Positions 41,501 through 52,454 of a stretch of DNA of 64,000 bases are shown piece after piece. The translations under genes and the position numbers were made by a program. The stretch spans positions 52,640,832 to 52,704,831 of the forward strand of contig NC_068991.1 of assembly GCF_001194135.2 (NCBI RefSeq), in the 5' to 3' direction. How positions within the stretch are numbered: the first letter of the stretch is position 1; each line of letters opens with the position of its first letter. This stretch comes from Octopus bimaculoides. Taxonomy: Eukaryota. The notes under the pieces were generated by a model. It was not told where the DNA came from and made no database searches. It was given only the letters and a program-made list of their open reading frames with translations.

Positions 41501-43942
41501 CAATTCATGTGGACTCAAGATTTACAAACTGATAGTAAAATGCATTTCTTACTCAGCTCTTTCACCTTTATAGTAAGCTAAAATGTGGATATCTATATGG
41601 GACATTATCTATATATATGTGTGCTTTGGTGTATGTTTGCCATAATCATCATTATTTAATGTCTATCTTCCACACTAGCATGGGTGTTTGGCAGGAGTAG
41701 GCAAACTAGATGGCTACACCAAACTCCATTTGTCTGTTTTAGCCCAGGCTATTCTTATTCTAGCAGCTACACTCTTAGAGCATCTACCCCCACTACTGAC
41801 TTGGTCACCTAGGTAATGGAAGCTATCAACTATTTCTAGTTTTTTCCCCTGGCATGTGATGGAATCTGTTTTCTGTACATCTTCAGTGTTTATTGCCCCT
41901 GTGCATCTGCCACATACAAAAACTATCTTCTCAGTTAACCTTCCTTTGTTATTTCTGCACCTCTTATGTGGCCATAGCTTACATCGGGTACATCTTATGG
42001 CGTTTCTACCTACAACTTTTCTACAGATTGAGCAGGGCCATGTACCTGAAGGGATTTGTGATTTGTCTGCCTTCCTACTTACTAAGACTTTGGTTTTTGC
42101 TAGATTGACTCTAAGATCCTTTGATTCTAGACCTTGCTTCCACACCTGAAACTTCTTTTCTAATTCTGATAGTGAATCAGTTATTAGAGCAAGGTCATCA
42201 GCGTAGGCTGCTCCTGGGAGCTCCTCTGTCTTGAATTCCTCTGTTATTACCTCGAGGACTGTGATGAATAAGAGGGAGCTGAGGACTGATCCTTGGTGAA
42301 CCCCTACTTCTATCCAAGATTCTTCACTGTATTTGTTGTCAACCCTCACCTTACTGACAGCATCCCTGTACATGGCTTGTACATATGTCACCAACCACTC
42401 ATTTATCCCTAGTTTCAGTATTGACCACCAGATAAGGGATCAGGGGACCCTGTCAAAGGCTTTCTCCATGTCATTGAAAGCCAAGTACAGCGGTTTATCT
42501 TTAGTAAGGAATTTCTCCTGCAGCTGTCTTACCAGAAATGTAGCATCAGTGGTGCTTCTCTCTAGCACAAACCCAAACTACATCTTGTCTAAATTAACGC
42601 TCTCCCTAATTAATTGGGTTATGACCCTCTCCGTAACTTTCATCATCTGATCCAACAATTTGATACCTCTGTAATTATTCATATCTAATGTTGTAGCAGT
42701 TGACTATGGTGCTGCTACTCCAGTCATTGGATATGACTCCTTCATGTATCACCTGATTGACTATATGGGTGACTAGACTATAGCCTACACCACCAGGTTT
42801 TTTAAGCATCTCAGCAGTGATTCCTGATGGGCCAGGGGCTTTCCTTGTCTTCATACCCTTAATTATCTACCAAGGTACTGTCAATTCAAATAGCCAGTCC
42901 CTCTGTTGGGTTGACATTTAGCAAACTTTTCATAATGGTATCTCCAAGTCTCTCTTTGCAGCGTCATTAAATGCAAGTGAGCCATCATCCATACAGACAC
43001 ATTTCTCTCCTATGGCATCCTGATACTCTCTCACACACTGTCTTGCAATTCAAAACACTTCAAGTCTCTGGTCCTCATGATGCAAACATTGGCAAATGTT
43101 TTTCTTATCTGTTTCTCTTCTGGTTAAGTAAACCTGTCTCCTAGATTCCCTTCTGGTGATCTGATACAATTCCCTGCTACCATCACTTTTCCAGTCCTTC
43201 CATGCCTGTTTCTTTTCCCTAATGGCCCTGTCAACTACATTGTTCCACCACCACATTACCTTAGGTCAAAAGGGGATTTTACACTAACCACAGATCTGGT
43301 CAGTAACTCTCAACAGGTTGTCCTGTAGGAACCTCCATTTGTCCTCCACATTATATGATGCTATATCCTCTTTTTTTTCATCAAAATCTTCAAGTAATAC
43401 GTCTCTAAATCTCTGACCATTCCAAAGATCCTTAAGCTTTTAGACCCTTCTTTTCCATGCTGGTCGTCTTCTGGGCAGCCATTTAGCCCTGATCTTGAAG
43501 TTACTAACTACTAACCTATGTTGTGGGATGTATTTTTCACTTGGGAAAGTTTTAGTATTTATAAGTAGCCATCTTTTCTGTTTCCTGGCAAGATTGTAGT
43601 CAATCTAACTAGTGTGCCCACCAGACTGGTAGGTGAACAGGTGACTGGCAGTTTTCCTGAAGTTAGTATTACAGATCATAAGATCATTTGTATCACAGAA
43701 TTCCAGTGGCCTGGTTTCCACCTCACTGCAGGTACCAAGTCCATTGCCACCATGTACACCATTGAAGCTCCCTGGATGTTGTCCAACATGCCCATTGAAG
43801 TCACCAGTCACAAAGAGAAGGTCCCTGTCATCCCTCAATCAGGTAGTCTGCAAGAGGATGTCATAAAATCGGTCTTTCTGTTCATTAGGTAGCCCTGGTT
43901 GTGAGGCATGGCCGAGATAATGGTTGCTAATCCACATTGCAG

Positions 43943-43995
<53 letters not shown>

Positions 43996-46141
43996 GTTAC
44001 ACTCTCTGAGCGGTTGATGTTAGGAAGGGCATGGTCAAACCTATGCCAGCATGGAAACGGATGTTAAATGATGATGATGATAACGATATATATATATATT
44101 TGTGTGTGCGTGTGTGCATGTGTATAAATAATTCATGTGTGTGTCTTTGTGTTTGTTTCCCTCCACCACCTGACACCTGGTGTTGGTTTGTCTATATCCC
44201 TGTAATTTAGCAGTTTGGCAAAAGAGACCAATAGAATAAGTACTAGACTTAAAAAATAACTACTGGGATTAATTTGTTTGACTAAAACCCTTCAAGGCAC
44301 TGCCCCAGCATGGCCACAGTCCAATAACTGAAACACATAAAAAGATCAATTTAAGAAGTATGTGACTAGGTTAGTAAAGTGAAATGTCTTTGAACATGGC
44401 TTAGAGCTATTATTGTTAGGAACGAACTATTTCTCTAGAAATTCAATAATCTTTTGTTTCAATAACTGATATCAGATTAAGATTAGCTAGGCTTGTTTTT
44501 TAAGGTCATGTTTAAAAGTTCTTGCATGTCAAATGACCACATAGCAGCTTCCCTTCCTCTGTGGATGATTATGTCTATTTTGAAATCTCACTTTTCTGAA
44601 TTCAAGTTTAATTGTGGCTGGTTTTGGAATTTTATTTTTCTGGAGCCGTGTAAATCGGACCGACTCGAGAGTTGCGAATTGTTACGGACCCGGATTTTCC
44701 AGGGCCGCCGAGAGCGCACCGGATGCCGCCCGGGCTTTGGGCTCGCCGTCGCGTCGGTGCTCGCGGCCCTCTGTTCCCGCCTTGCGTGGGGTCGTGCGGT
44801 CGTTGCACCGCGACGCGCGGCAGGCGTTCGGCCGGCGGCGAACGGTCGACTCGGAACTGGTACNNNNNNNNNNNNNNNNNNNNNNNNNNNNNNNNNNNNN
44901 NNNNNNNNNNNNNNNNNNNNNNNNNNNNNNNNNNNNNNNNNNNNNNNNNNNNNNNNNNNNNNNNNNNNNNNNNNNNNNNNNNNNNNNNNNNNNNNNNNNN
45001 NNNNNNNNNNNNNNNNNNNNNNNNNNNNNNNNNNNNNNNNNNNNNNNNNNNNNNNNNNNNNNNNNNNNNNNNNNNNNNNNNNNNNNNNNNNNNNNNNNNN
45101 NNNNNNNNNNNNNNNNNNNNNNNNNNNNNNNNNNNNNNNNNNNNNNNNNNNNNNNNNNNNNNNNNNNNNNNNNNNNNNNNNNNNNNNNNNNNNNNNNNNN
45201 NNNNNNNNNNNNNNNNNNNNNNNNNNNNNNNNNNNNNNNNNNNNNNNNNNNNNNNNNNNNNNNNNNNNNNNNNNNNNNNNNNNNNNNNNNNNNNNNNNNN
45301 NNNNNNNNNNNNNNNNNNNTATATATATATGATATGGGTTTCTTTCAGTTTCCGTCAACCAAATCTACTCACAAGGCTTTGATTGCTATTTTATTATTGA
45401 TTGTGTAAATTTATATTTTCAGGAACACTCCAAGAGAAAAGAGGGCTGTTATTTTATACAGAGGACCATTCTTACCACTGTGAAGCCATCAATCAGTTTA
45501 TATCTTTCATGGATAAGAATAAATGTAAACTAGAAGTTGCTGCTCACTTAGTGAAGGGTGATAATCCATTAAAACTGAGTTTTGAAATTCAAAAGTCTGA
45601 TTTTATAATTCTTGTTTACTCCAAAGCTCTTCACAAAAGAATTCAGGCTTGGAAAAGCAACCAAGATTACGTAAATTTTTTAAAAGAGGATAACTCTGCA
45701 CTGTTGACAACTTCTATTCTCAAGGAGCTTCAAGCAAGCAACAAACTTACCATTTGTATGTTTCCTCAGGCACCAAACTCCAGTATCAGCAGTGAATTTC
45801 CTTCAGTTAAGTGTTACACTCTTACAAAAGAGTTGAACTTACTTATTCAAGAAATCCATGGAACAGGAGTGGATCAAGAGCTTGCTGTTCTTGTCAGAAG
45901 TAACAAACTCAATCATAAATTTAACTCTTTGACAAACACAATTAAAGATGCTGCCAACTTTGAAGAAACTAGTCCCAATTGGTTTGAAGACAAATATATT
46001 TGCCCCAAGAAAATAGAGTCTTTAAATGAAATGCCTGATTACAGTGAAAAATTTGTGGATGGAGGTGAACATAGTATTTACTCTCTCCCTGTAAGTGACA
46101 TATTGGAACAGATAAATGCAAAGAATGATTCTGTAGCTTAA
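12002..46141 (+). CDS. IL17R: Interleukin-17 receptor-like (SEFIR-domain) gene, 10 coding exons, 558 aa predicted (span includes introns)
   Basis: Ten exons join with canonical AG/GT sites and consistent phases (0,1,1,0,1,0,0,1,1). The exons sum to 1677 nt, an exact multiple of 3, with no internal stop. Domain order is signal peptide, FnIII-like ectodomain, TM, SEFIR. The family-level call comes from recalled IL-17R motifs; orthology to a specific vertebrate subunit (RA or RD) is not established. Confidence 0.88.
14400..14640 (+). mobile_element. Merlin (IS1595/ISXO2-like) transposase remnant
   Basis: [39 protein letters not shown], then frameshifted VQPGSVI. This matches the recalled Merlin motifs KRKYNRGR..WVFGGIER..RDAATLLPII..I.PG(S/T)xI. 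Confidence 0.7.
14900..15219. repeat. Compound (GA)n/(CA)n/(TA)n/(TACA)n microsatellite
   Basis: Directly visible low-complexity repeats. Confidence 0.95.
15220..15622 (+). mobile_element. RTE-clade LINE ORF fragment
   Basis: [46 protein letters not shown], the same family as 43050-43256. Runs into a gap. Confidence 0.85.
15935..16101. mobile_element. Palindromic MITE (partly duplicated on the left, next to a gap)
   Basis: aacacactcaccgttaaaatttccacttattattttttattttcctaaaattttcgttgag and its reverse complement form long inverted arms. A second copy of the left arm is at 15874-15930. Confidence 0.8.
16910..17190. mobile_element. hAT-type MITE
   Basis: TIRs CAGGGGTTTTCAAAC and GTTTGAAAACCACTG; 8-bp TSD gcctaata / gcctagta. 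Confidence 0.85.
17634..17733 (+). repeat. Minisatellite, 4 x 25 bp AATTAGGTCTCAGTAAGTTAACCTC
   Basis: Three identical units and one with a single mismatch; no spacers. Confidence 0.95.
19037..19860 (+). mobile_element. LTR-like repeat related to the solo LTRs at 57314 and 58744, with an internal 124-bp tandem duplication
   Basis: Begins tgtagaaacgatcgtgcgaacc (compare tgtaatagaacgaccgtgcaaacc) and shares internal blocks with 58850-59460. The duplicated units start at 19233 and 19357. Right end not defined. Confidence 0.65.
20070..20460 (-). mobile_element. L1/Tx1-like LINE ORF2 C-terminal fragment
   Basis: [21 protein letters not shown], then frameshifted [31 protein letters not shown], resembling Tx1-clade C-termini. 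Confidence 0.5.
20640..21520 (-). mobile_element. RTE-clade LINE, apurinic endonuclease region
   Basis: Motifs [56 protein letters not shown] and SQTDYFL; frameshifted. Confidence 0.9.
21692..21719 (+). CDS. IL17R-like exon 2 (28-nt microexon, LHYSLYKTD)
   Basis: Long poly-T tract plus ACAG acceptor; donor GTAAGT at 21720. It bridges phase 0 to phase 1, exactly what exons 1 and 3 require. Confidence 0.7.
24695..24917 (+). mobile_element. tRNA-derived SINE (second family)
   Basis: A-box/B-box-like 5-prime part (gtggcctaggggtgagggtg..ggtttgattccc) followed by a conserved-looking body. Confidence 0.5.
24918..26146 (+). mobile_element. Mariner transposon, near full length, decayed
   Basis: TIR-like ends cagggtactgtaaagttcctggcttt and ggaatctttcagcactccttg-TA; motifs [28 protein letters not shown] and [13 protein letters not shown]. 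Confidence 0.92.
26288..26416 (+). CDS. IL17R-like exon 3 ([43 protein letters not shown])
   Basis: TTTCAG acceptor and GTAAGA donor; 129 nt, phase 1-1, open frame. Joins exon 4 to give AVWSANFTRLKGF. Confidence 0.85.
26780..27170 (+). mobile_element. Penelope-like element, GIY-YIG endonuclease fragment
   Basis: [46 protein letters not shown] matches the recalled Penelope C-terminal pattern. Confidence 0.75.
27230..27800. repeat. Degenerate (CA)n/(TACA)n low-complexity tract
   Basis: Directly visible; it explains the His/Thr- and Cys/Val-rich spurious ORFs here. Confidence 0.9.
28105..28217 (+). CDS. IL17R-like exon 4 ([37 protein letters not shown])
   Basis: TTTTCGTAG acceptor and GTGAGT donor. 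The LxGFxI...CRxxDxS pattern is typical of the IL-17R first FnIII-like domain. Confidence 0.88.
29837..29954 (+). CDS. IL17R-like exon 5 ([39 protein letters not shown])
   Basis: TTGCAG acceptor and GTAAGG donor; YxVxxxSLP motif; phase 0-1. Confidence 0.88.
32804..32967 (+). CDS. IL17R-like exon 6 ([54 protein letters not shown])
   Basis: TTTTGCAG acceptor and AAG|GTTTGT donor; CxxW...VxF..P..C...YxVxL pattern of the second FnIII-like domain; phase 1-0. Confidence 0.88.
33274..35674 (+). mobile_element. Tigger/pogo DNA transposon, full length (about 2.4 kb) but disrupted
   Basis: TIRs tagtggtaccttgacttacgag and cttgtaggtcaaggtaccactg-TA. CENP-B-like HTH ([14 protein letters not shown]), [26 protein letters not shown] and ILQPMDQ across frameshifted ORFs 33742-35237. 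Confidence 0.93.
36072..36131 (+). CDS. IL17R-like exon 7 ([20 protein letters not shown])
   Basis: Poly-T plus CAG acceptor and GTAAGT donor; 60 nt, phase 0-0; FxxxxPGxY motif. Confidence 0.88.
37426..37528 (+). CDS. IL17R-like exon 8 ([34 protein letters not shown])
   Basis: TTTTTAAAG acceptor and GTAAGC donor; Cys-rich CxC..C...C membrane-proximal motif; phase 0-1. Confidence 0.86.
37657..38892 (-). mobile_element. Mariner transposon, full length, decayed
   Basis: TA-flanked TIRs ttaggtcatcccacaaataatgc and cattatttatggggtgacccaa; motifs [24 protein letters not shown] and [21 protein letters not shown]. Confidence 0.93.
40269..40418 (+). CDS. IL17R-like exon 9, Thr/Pro stalk plus transmembrane helix ([25 protein letters not shown])
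   Basis: TTTTATAG acceptor and GTAAGT donor; 150 nt, phase 1-1; about 23 hydrophobic residues followed by a basic stop-transfer sequence. Confidence 0.9.
40900..41260 (+). mobile_element. Penelope-like element, second GIY-YIG fragment
   Basis: [45 protein letters not shown]. Confidence 0.65.
41650..43935 (-). mobile_element. RTE-clade LINE, large decayed copy (EN, RT, 3-prime tail)
   Basis: RT motifs [21 protein letters not shown] and NLAKTKVL; EN motifs [10 protein letters not shown] and MICNTNFRK; [14 protein letters not shown]. Confidence 0.92.
44643..44863. pseudogene. 28S rRNA-derived fragment(s), two pieces in opposite orientation
   Basis: GC-rich island. The minus strand at 44688-44730 reads gcggcatccggtgcgctctcggcggccctggaaaatccggg (compare conserved LSU tccggtgagctctcgctggcccttgaaaatccggg). 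The plus strand at 44822-44863 ends ggtcgactcggaactggtac (compare ccgacttagaactggt(g/a)cggac). Abuts a 457-N gap. Confidence 0.7.
45423..46141 (+). CDS. IL17R: IL17R-like exon 10, cytoplasmic SEFIR domain and C-terminal tail
   Basis: Long clean ORF after a TTTTCAG acceptor. It contains [11 protein letters not shown] (SEFIR box 1-like), [10 protein letters not shown] and SPNWFEDKY, which resembles the PDWFE motif of vertebrate IL-17RA/RD. Stop TAA at 46139-46141. Confidence 0.9.
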
Positions 46142-48998
46142 AAGACCCACAGGCGGGATTCACTTGTTTTAACAAAGATTCGGTTTCATTTTTATATTTT
46201 TATATCTCATCCTGGATCCTTCTTGTTTTTCTTTTACACTCTGCCTCTTTTCTTCACTTACCTGATGTTCTGCATTCCTTTGTCTCTCATAGAAACAGAA
46301 ACGGCAAAAATCCACATTTAACATTAAAAAAACAAAACAACTTATATACTTTTGCCCATTTCATTGACATGTTAGAGAGAGAAATAATTATATTTTGATG
46401 AGCAAAGTTTCCAAACTTCAGTTTTATTTTAGCTAAGTCTTCAGTTTTTGATATTGATAAATATATATATTGTCATTTCAGTCTAGCATGGGTGATTACC
46501 CAAAACCAGAAATAAACTGCTATATTATTTTATCAACTCGGGAGGGATTTGAACTGAGAATGTAAAAAGAAGAAATAATTGCAAAGCAGTTATTTTTGAT
46601 GCTCTAATAACTCGGTCAGATACTGCATAATTAAATATAGTTAATAAGTGTTTAATTAGATTGAAGTGAAGAATGCAAATTTTCCTCTAACCCTGGAGGA
46701 GCCAACAGAAAACTGCATTATTGCAAGAAAATGTTGGAGATACTTCCTATTCAGAGCTATTGTTTCCACATATTTCAAAGTGCTTTCTTGATTATTTGTC
46801 ATTTCAATATTACAATGTATCAAGGTGGTGATCAGGCAGAATCATTAGCACATCAGGCAATACTCTTAATGGCACTTCATTTGTTTTACATTCTGAGTTC
46901 AAATTTCCCTCCATGTTGACTTTGCCTTGCATCCTTTTGGGGTCAATAAAATAAATACCAGTTGAACACTGGGGCCAATCTAATTGACTTAACCTCTTCC
47001 TCTAAATTGTTGGCCTTTTGCCAAAATTAGAAATTATTATTAAGGTAGTGAACTGGCAGAATTGTTAGCAAACTGGACAAAATGCTTAGTGGCATTTCAT
47101 TCATCTTTATGTTCTGAGTTCAAATTCTACCGAGATCAACTTTTTTTCATCCTTTTGGGGTTGATGAAATAAGTACCAGTGATGCATTAGGTTGATGTAA
47201 TCAACTAGTCCCGTCCCATAAAATTTCAGGCTTTGTGTCTACAGTAGAAATTATTATAAAACAGTTTGAGTTGATGAAACAGAACAATAAAAGAATTATA
47301 TGCTACAATCAACAGGCATATGCTGAAGTTGCTAAATTCTTTAATTTTGATTCTTTGCTAGACATTATGGACATAAGCATATCTGAATCTATAAGAAGAG
47401 AAATTCCTATATTGGTTGGTGCTATAAATATTTATGTGATCCATTTATTTTTGTATATATTAAGATATTGATTCATATATAATAAATATATATACATATC
47501 TTTATAAAAATTTGTTATCATCATACAGGTTTTGAAATTATTAAATGAAATGTTTCTTTTTTTTTAATATTCCATGCTGAAAGCAAAATGGATATGTGGT
47601 ATTAATTACTAAAACTAGTTGGGTTCACATTTTTCTTCATACAAAAACAATACTCTCCATTGATATGTAGCGAAGTTACATTTGGTTATGAATAGATTTA
47701 AACTTGTTTGGAAAAAAATTATGCATAACAACAAAGCTACATTTATGTTTACTGTCATCCTGTGGAGATGAACTTCATTGTTATTCATTGAACATTTATT
47801 TTTATGAATTGGTTGATTTTATATTTTCAGATTCTGGGATAATTAAAATGTTTTCATTACACATTGTGAATTAATCACTTTTCATCATATATATATTTTT
47901 TACTTGCAAACCATTCCAAAAATACACTTAAGCCTGTAATCTTTAAGAGGTTTATATTTTTATACTTTAACCATTGTTATCCCTTTTCAGATTAGACTGG
48001 AACTGAAATTGCCATTAAAGCAATATGAGTTTCTTTCTAACTCTTCTTTTTTTTCTTGCCTAGAATCTCATCTTAATTTTTTAGCTTTCAGATTACTCTG
48101 TCAAATTTAATAGTTATTTATTCACATTGCTTTGAATTAAACCTTCATTATCTTGTAGCTTTGAGATTTCAATGATGTAACTGTTTATTTTTAGAATGAC
48201 ACTGTAGGCCGATCTAGTAGGTTTGAACATAAAATAGGTCAAACCAGATATGGCTGGTTTAAATGCTAACAAGTTAATGAATTTCAACCAACTAACTTTT
48301 ATATAAACTGATATTAAATGCAATTTGACAATTTTTAATTATTTATACTAGCAGGGCCCACGAATATTTTACGGAATTAATGGTGAACTTTTTGGATTAT
48401 TTCTGAAAACTTTATCCCAAAAACCTGAAAGCGTAGCCTGTGTTGTGTCTGTATCAAATGATAGTTGCTCATCCGCTAATCACTGAAAAGTGAAGGAAAT
48501 TGGAATACGATGGTTACTTAATGCACTTTGTATATACATTTTATATACTTTATGCACAATTTCATAAACTTAATACACAGCACTCTCCTTCTTTCTCTCT
48601 AACTCATTGCCTACCCTCTTTTTCGCTCTCCTTTTTCTTTCACTCTTCACCTTGCCCTTCAACTAATCATGTGAAAGCATTACAGATGGGCTAAGTAAGA
48701 GAGAGAAAAAAACTTAGTTAAAAAAAATACACTTTACACACACCACAACCCCTTCATCTCCCTTCCTTTCCCCCTTCAACTAGTCACATGGAAATTTTAT
48801 GGACAGGCTAGGTAACAGAATTATTATAAGATTCCAATTGATGTTACAATATTTTACCAATTATAATTTCTTTTTATTTTTAGCATTTTTGTACAATAAC
48901 TCTTATAGCAATTTATTGTGCCAGTTCATTCCATTTTATACTTTTGTACAATTATGGTTCTCTATTTTGAAGTGTTTTGTTGATTATGCTTTGTTTAA

Positions 48999-49170
48999 CC
49001 CTTTAATAAAACTGATCAGATCCAGCTTCTCACACCTACCCTACAAAATCATTTAAAAAATAAACAATCACATCATCAAAACTACAAAGCTACATGATAA
49101 TGCATGATTAATTCAAAACAATGTGAATAAATAACAATACATTTAAGAGAGTAATCTGAATGCCAACGGG
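48999..49170. mobile_element. piggyBac-like MITE
   Basis: TTAA|CCC ... GGG|TTAA termini. Confidence 0.5.
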
Positions 49171-49525
49171 TTAAATATTTGTTACCATGACAATGGGGGA
49201 AGGAATTTTCATACATGTTCTGGCTGAAGCAAGAAATATGAAATAGTTTGACAAATCATTCACAGATGTAAGAAAATATTTGATGTACAAAAGGTTTTAC
49301 TTTTTAAAAGCATATTTCCTGTTTATAAGCATGTTTCAATACATGTGTATGTTTGTAAATGTTTATTTTATTAAAATATTTTTCAAGTTAAACTGGTTAG
49401 TGTTTTCATTTATTTACTTTACGACTGTATTATGTTAACAGAAACATAGAATTGTCTTTTCTGTCGATTTTATGTTTATTTTTTATGACACCAACTGTTG
49501 TAAATTGTTATTATTCCAAATGATG

Positions 49526-50364
49526 TACAAGGTAGTTTCAAAATGTTCCCAGCCTAGTTATGCTTAATGAAAGAATGACTTATTTATCTAAGTTTTAACA
49601 TCGTCTCCTTCAAAATAGTCACCTTGTGCAACAATACACTGGTCTCAGAGTTCCTGTCACTTTTGGAATCCAGCCAAGAATTTGTTTTTCATAAGTGAGT
49701 TGAGGACCTTCTGCGATTTGCTCTGGGATCTTGACAATAGTGTTAAAACAGCAACGTTAGAGCTGAATTTTTATCTAGATGGAAGTCCACAGGTCCTGAA
49801 TCTGGTGAATAGAGGATGTGGAAGTGATACCTTGTGTTTTGATGAGAAACTCACGAATGAGGAGAGCTCGGTGACAGTGCGTTGTTACCATGAAGAATCC
49901 AATACTTCACGCTCCACAGATCCAGTCACTTTCACTGAATGTCCTCCCTCAAATACTTTAAAACATTGCAGTAGAACTCTTGATTGATGGTCTCACCCTG
50001 GGGGATGAGTTCTTGATGCACAATACTGTGAATGTTGAAAAAACACAATGAGCATGCTCTTGATTGAGCTGTGGCTCTGTCATGCCTTTTGAAGTGCCTG
50101 TGACACTCGAAACATTGCATATGACCAATTGCCTCGTTGCTGTAATCTTGCCAAAGCATGCAGCAGACTTCTGAAGTTTAACACAAAATTTCATGTTGGC
50201 TCTTTCAACTTCCTGCCCATGACAAAAGATTGCAGACTACAGCAATGTTACCTGCTGCACTACCTTATGAAGGTCACTGCTAGCTCTCACTGTGCATGCA
50301 ACTGTGTGCTGCCATCTGTTGGTGCACTACAGAACTAACTCTGGACCTTTTTGATACCACCTCA
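49526..50364 (-). mobile_element. Mariner-derived internally deleted element
   Basis: TIR-like ends; minus-strand remnants MKFCVKLQKSA, CFFNIHSIVHQELIPQGETINQEFYCNVLKYL and a reverse-strand DLAP..FWL-like motif. Confidence 0.8.
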
Positions 50365-51419
50365 TAAGCATTACTCATTTGATGCCTCTCATTTGCAAAC
50401 TTACAGAATCTTACCATTCTTTACTTTGCCTGAAGCTGGTTCTATGTTTCTATAAAAGACAGCAACTAGAATTGGTTCACTGCATATAAACTGACATAGT
50501 TTGTAGTGAGCCACTCTTGCATGGACTATTTATATTTAAGTCACCGCCAGTTGGTTTATGTAGATTGTTACCAGGCTATCGTCAGAGGTTAGAAAAAATG
50601 AGAAAAGCTATCATTCTGCAACTCTCTCTGTAAATAAAATAATCATAGAGGCTGGTGCATAGATAGCAAGCAGACTGAAGTTCTTGTCAAATATATGACA
50701 TCAATTCCATTATGCATCTATGTCTACACACTGATATGTTATGAATTTGAATAATATGAATAGGTTTTACCTGTCAGTTCCCATTCTTCATATTACATTT
50801 CATTTTCTGTTCATTTTTCTTTTGTTTTAATGATAGTGTTCTAATCACCTCACCCAGTAACTACTTGCTCTCCTCATAAAATGTCTTGCTGACTAATGTC
50901 ATATTGTTAACTGGTCCAGAGAAAAGTGATACACAAGAGACAATTCTGGTTTTCTTCTCAAATATAGAAAGTATAGTATGGTTACCTAGAAGAGATAAAC
51001 TATGGAATCTTTTCTACTCTAGGCATAAAACCCGAAATTTTGGGGGAACTGGGGGCCAGTTGATTAGATCGACCCCAGTACACAACAGGTACTTAATTTA
51101 TTGACCCCAAAAGGATAAAAGGCAAAGTTGACCTGAGAAAGTATAGAATGTAGTGGATAGGGAAGAAATGGTGGATAGATTGGAGATTATATAAATAAAA
51201 TAGATGATTCAAAGAGAAAAAAATAAAGGATTAAAAGTGGCCAGAGAAAGATAAATTATTTACCAAATTATGTCATGATTTCAATATCATGCTTTTACTT
51301 TTTTATTGTAAACAATACTAATTCTAGAAATAACTGGGGTGTGGCAGTGATAGAGATGTGGTGAGAGGTATGTAGGATATAGTGTGGTCTGGGATGAATT
51401 ACTTCCTTTCTGGAGGTGT

Positions 51420-52400
51420 ACATGTGACCAGATGTCATAGGTTTGAAACATTTGGTGTCAATGTCAATTTTTGGTGTTGTTACATGTTTGTTACTGAAAC
51501 CAAACAGGGATCTGTTTTAGCCTCTGTACTTTTTTCCATATTCTCTTCATTGATGATACTACATGCTTTCAGGGATTACCATGAAGGTATAAAATTCCAG
51601 TTTTGCACAGAAGGAGGTCTGTTTAACATGAAAGGACTAAGTTTCAGATCAAAGAAAAAGACCAAGAAAGAGATCCTGCATGACTTTCTGTTTGCTGCTG
51701 ATTGTGCTTTGATTTCTCACACATTTAAAGGAATTCAGGAAACAGTTGACAAATTTGCTATGGCAGCTCGTGCATTTGGACTGACTATTTGTATCAAGAA
51801 GACTGAAGTTTTATTCCAACCAAGGCCTGGAGCAGGACATACTCAAGACTCGAACATGATGATAAACAACAAACCACTCAAATGGGTCAGGTCATTCAAA
51901 TATCTTGGAAGTATAGTAAACTTTAAGAGTACTCTTGACGATGAAATCAATGTTAGAATAGCTAAGGCTTTAAGTGCTTTTGGAAGACTTGCCCATCGTT
52001 TGCAGTAGGAACACAGTGTGAGTCTGAAAATGAAAATAAGTGCATACAAATCTTGTATTTTGAGCACACTTTTGTATGAACAGAAGCACGGATTTCATAC
52101 TACAGACATACAAAGAAACTTGAAACCTTCCACATGTGCTGTTTGCACAATACATGCAACATATAATGACAGGAAAGGATATCCAATACCAAAATCTTAG
52201 AAAAATGTGATATCTCAGTATCCAAAGCATACAGATAGGTAGAACATGTTTGAATGAAAAATGACCGTATTCCAAAAATTCTTTTGTGTGGCCAACAAGC
52301 GGAGAGATATTGTGGCAAAGAAGATCTCTCCTTAAGTAATTTGAAGCAATCACTAAAATCTCCACAGCTTAACCTGGTATCTTGAGAAAGTCATTACCTA
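51420..52400 (+). mobile_element. RTE (BovB-like) LINE reverse transcriptase fragment
   Basis: KQGSVLASVLFSIF..HDFLFAADCAL..FGLTICIKKTEVLFQP..FKYLGS..DDEINVRIAKALSAFGRL. Confidence 0.9.
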
Positions 52401-52454
52401 GATTGATCTGCATGGTGTAAAATGTGTCATGATGTATCCAGTAATGATGTATCC

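Noticed and set aside
44643-44863. Functional rRNA gene or bacterial contaminant
   Set aside because: Only about 220 bp with internally inverted pieces; the matching motifs are eukaryotic LSU-like.
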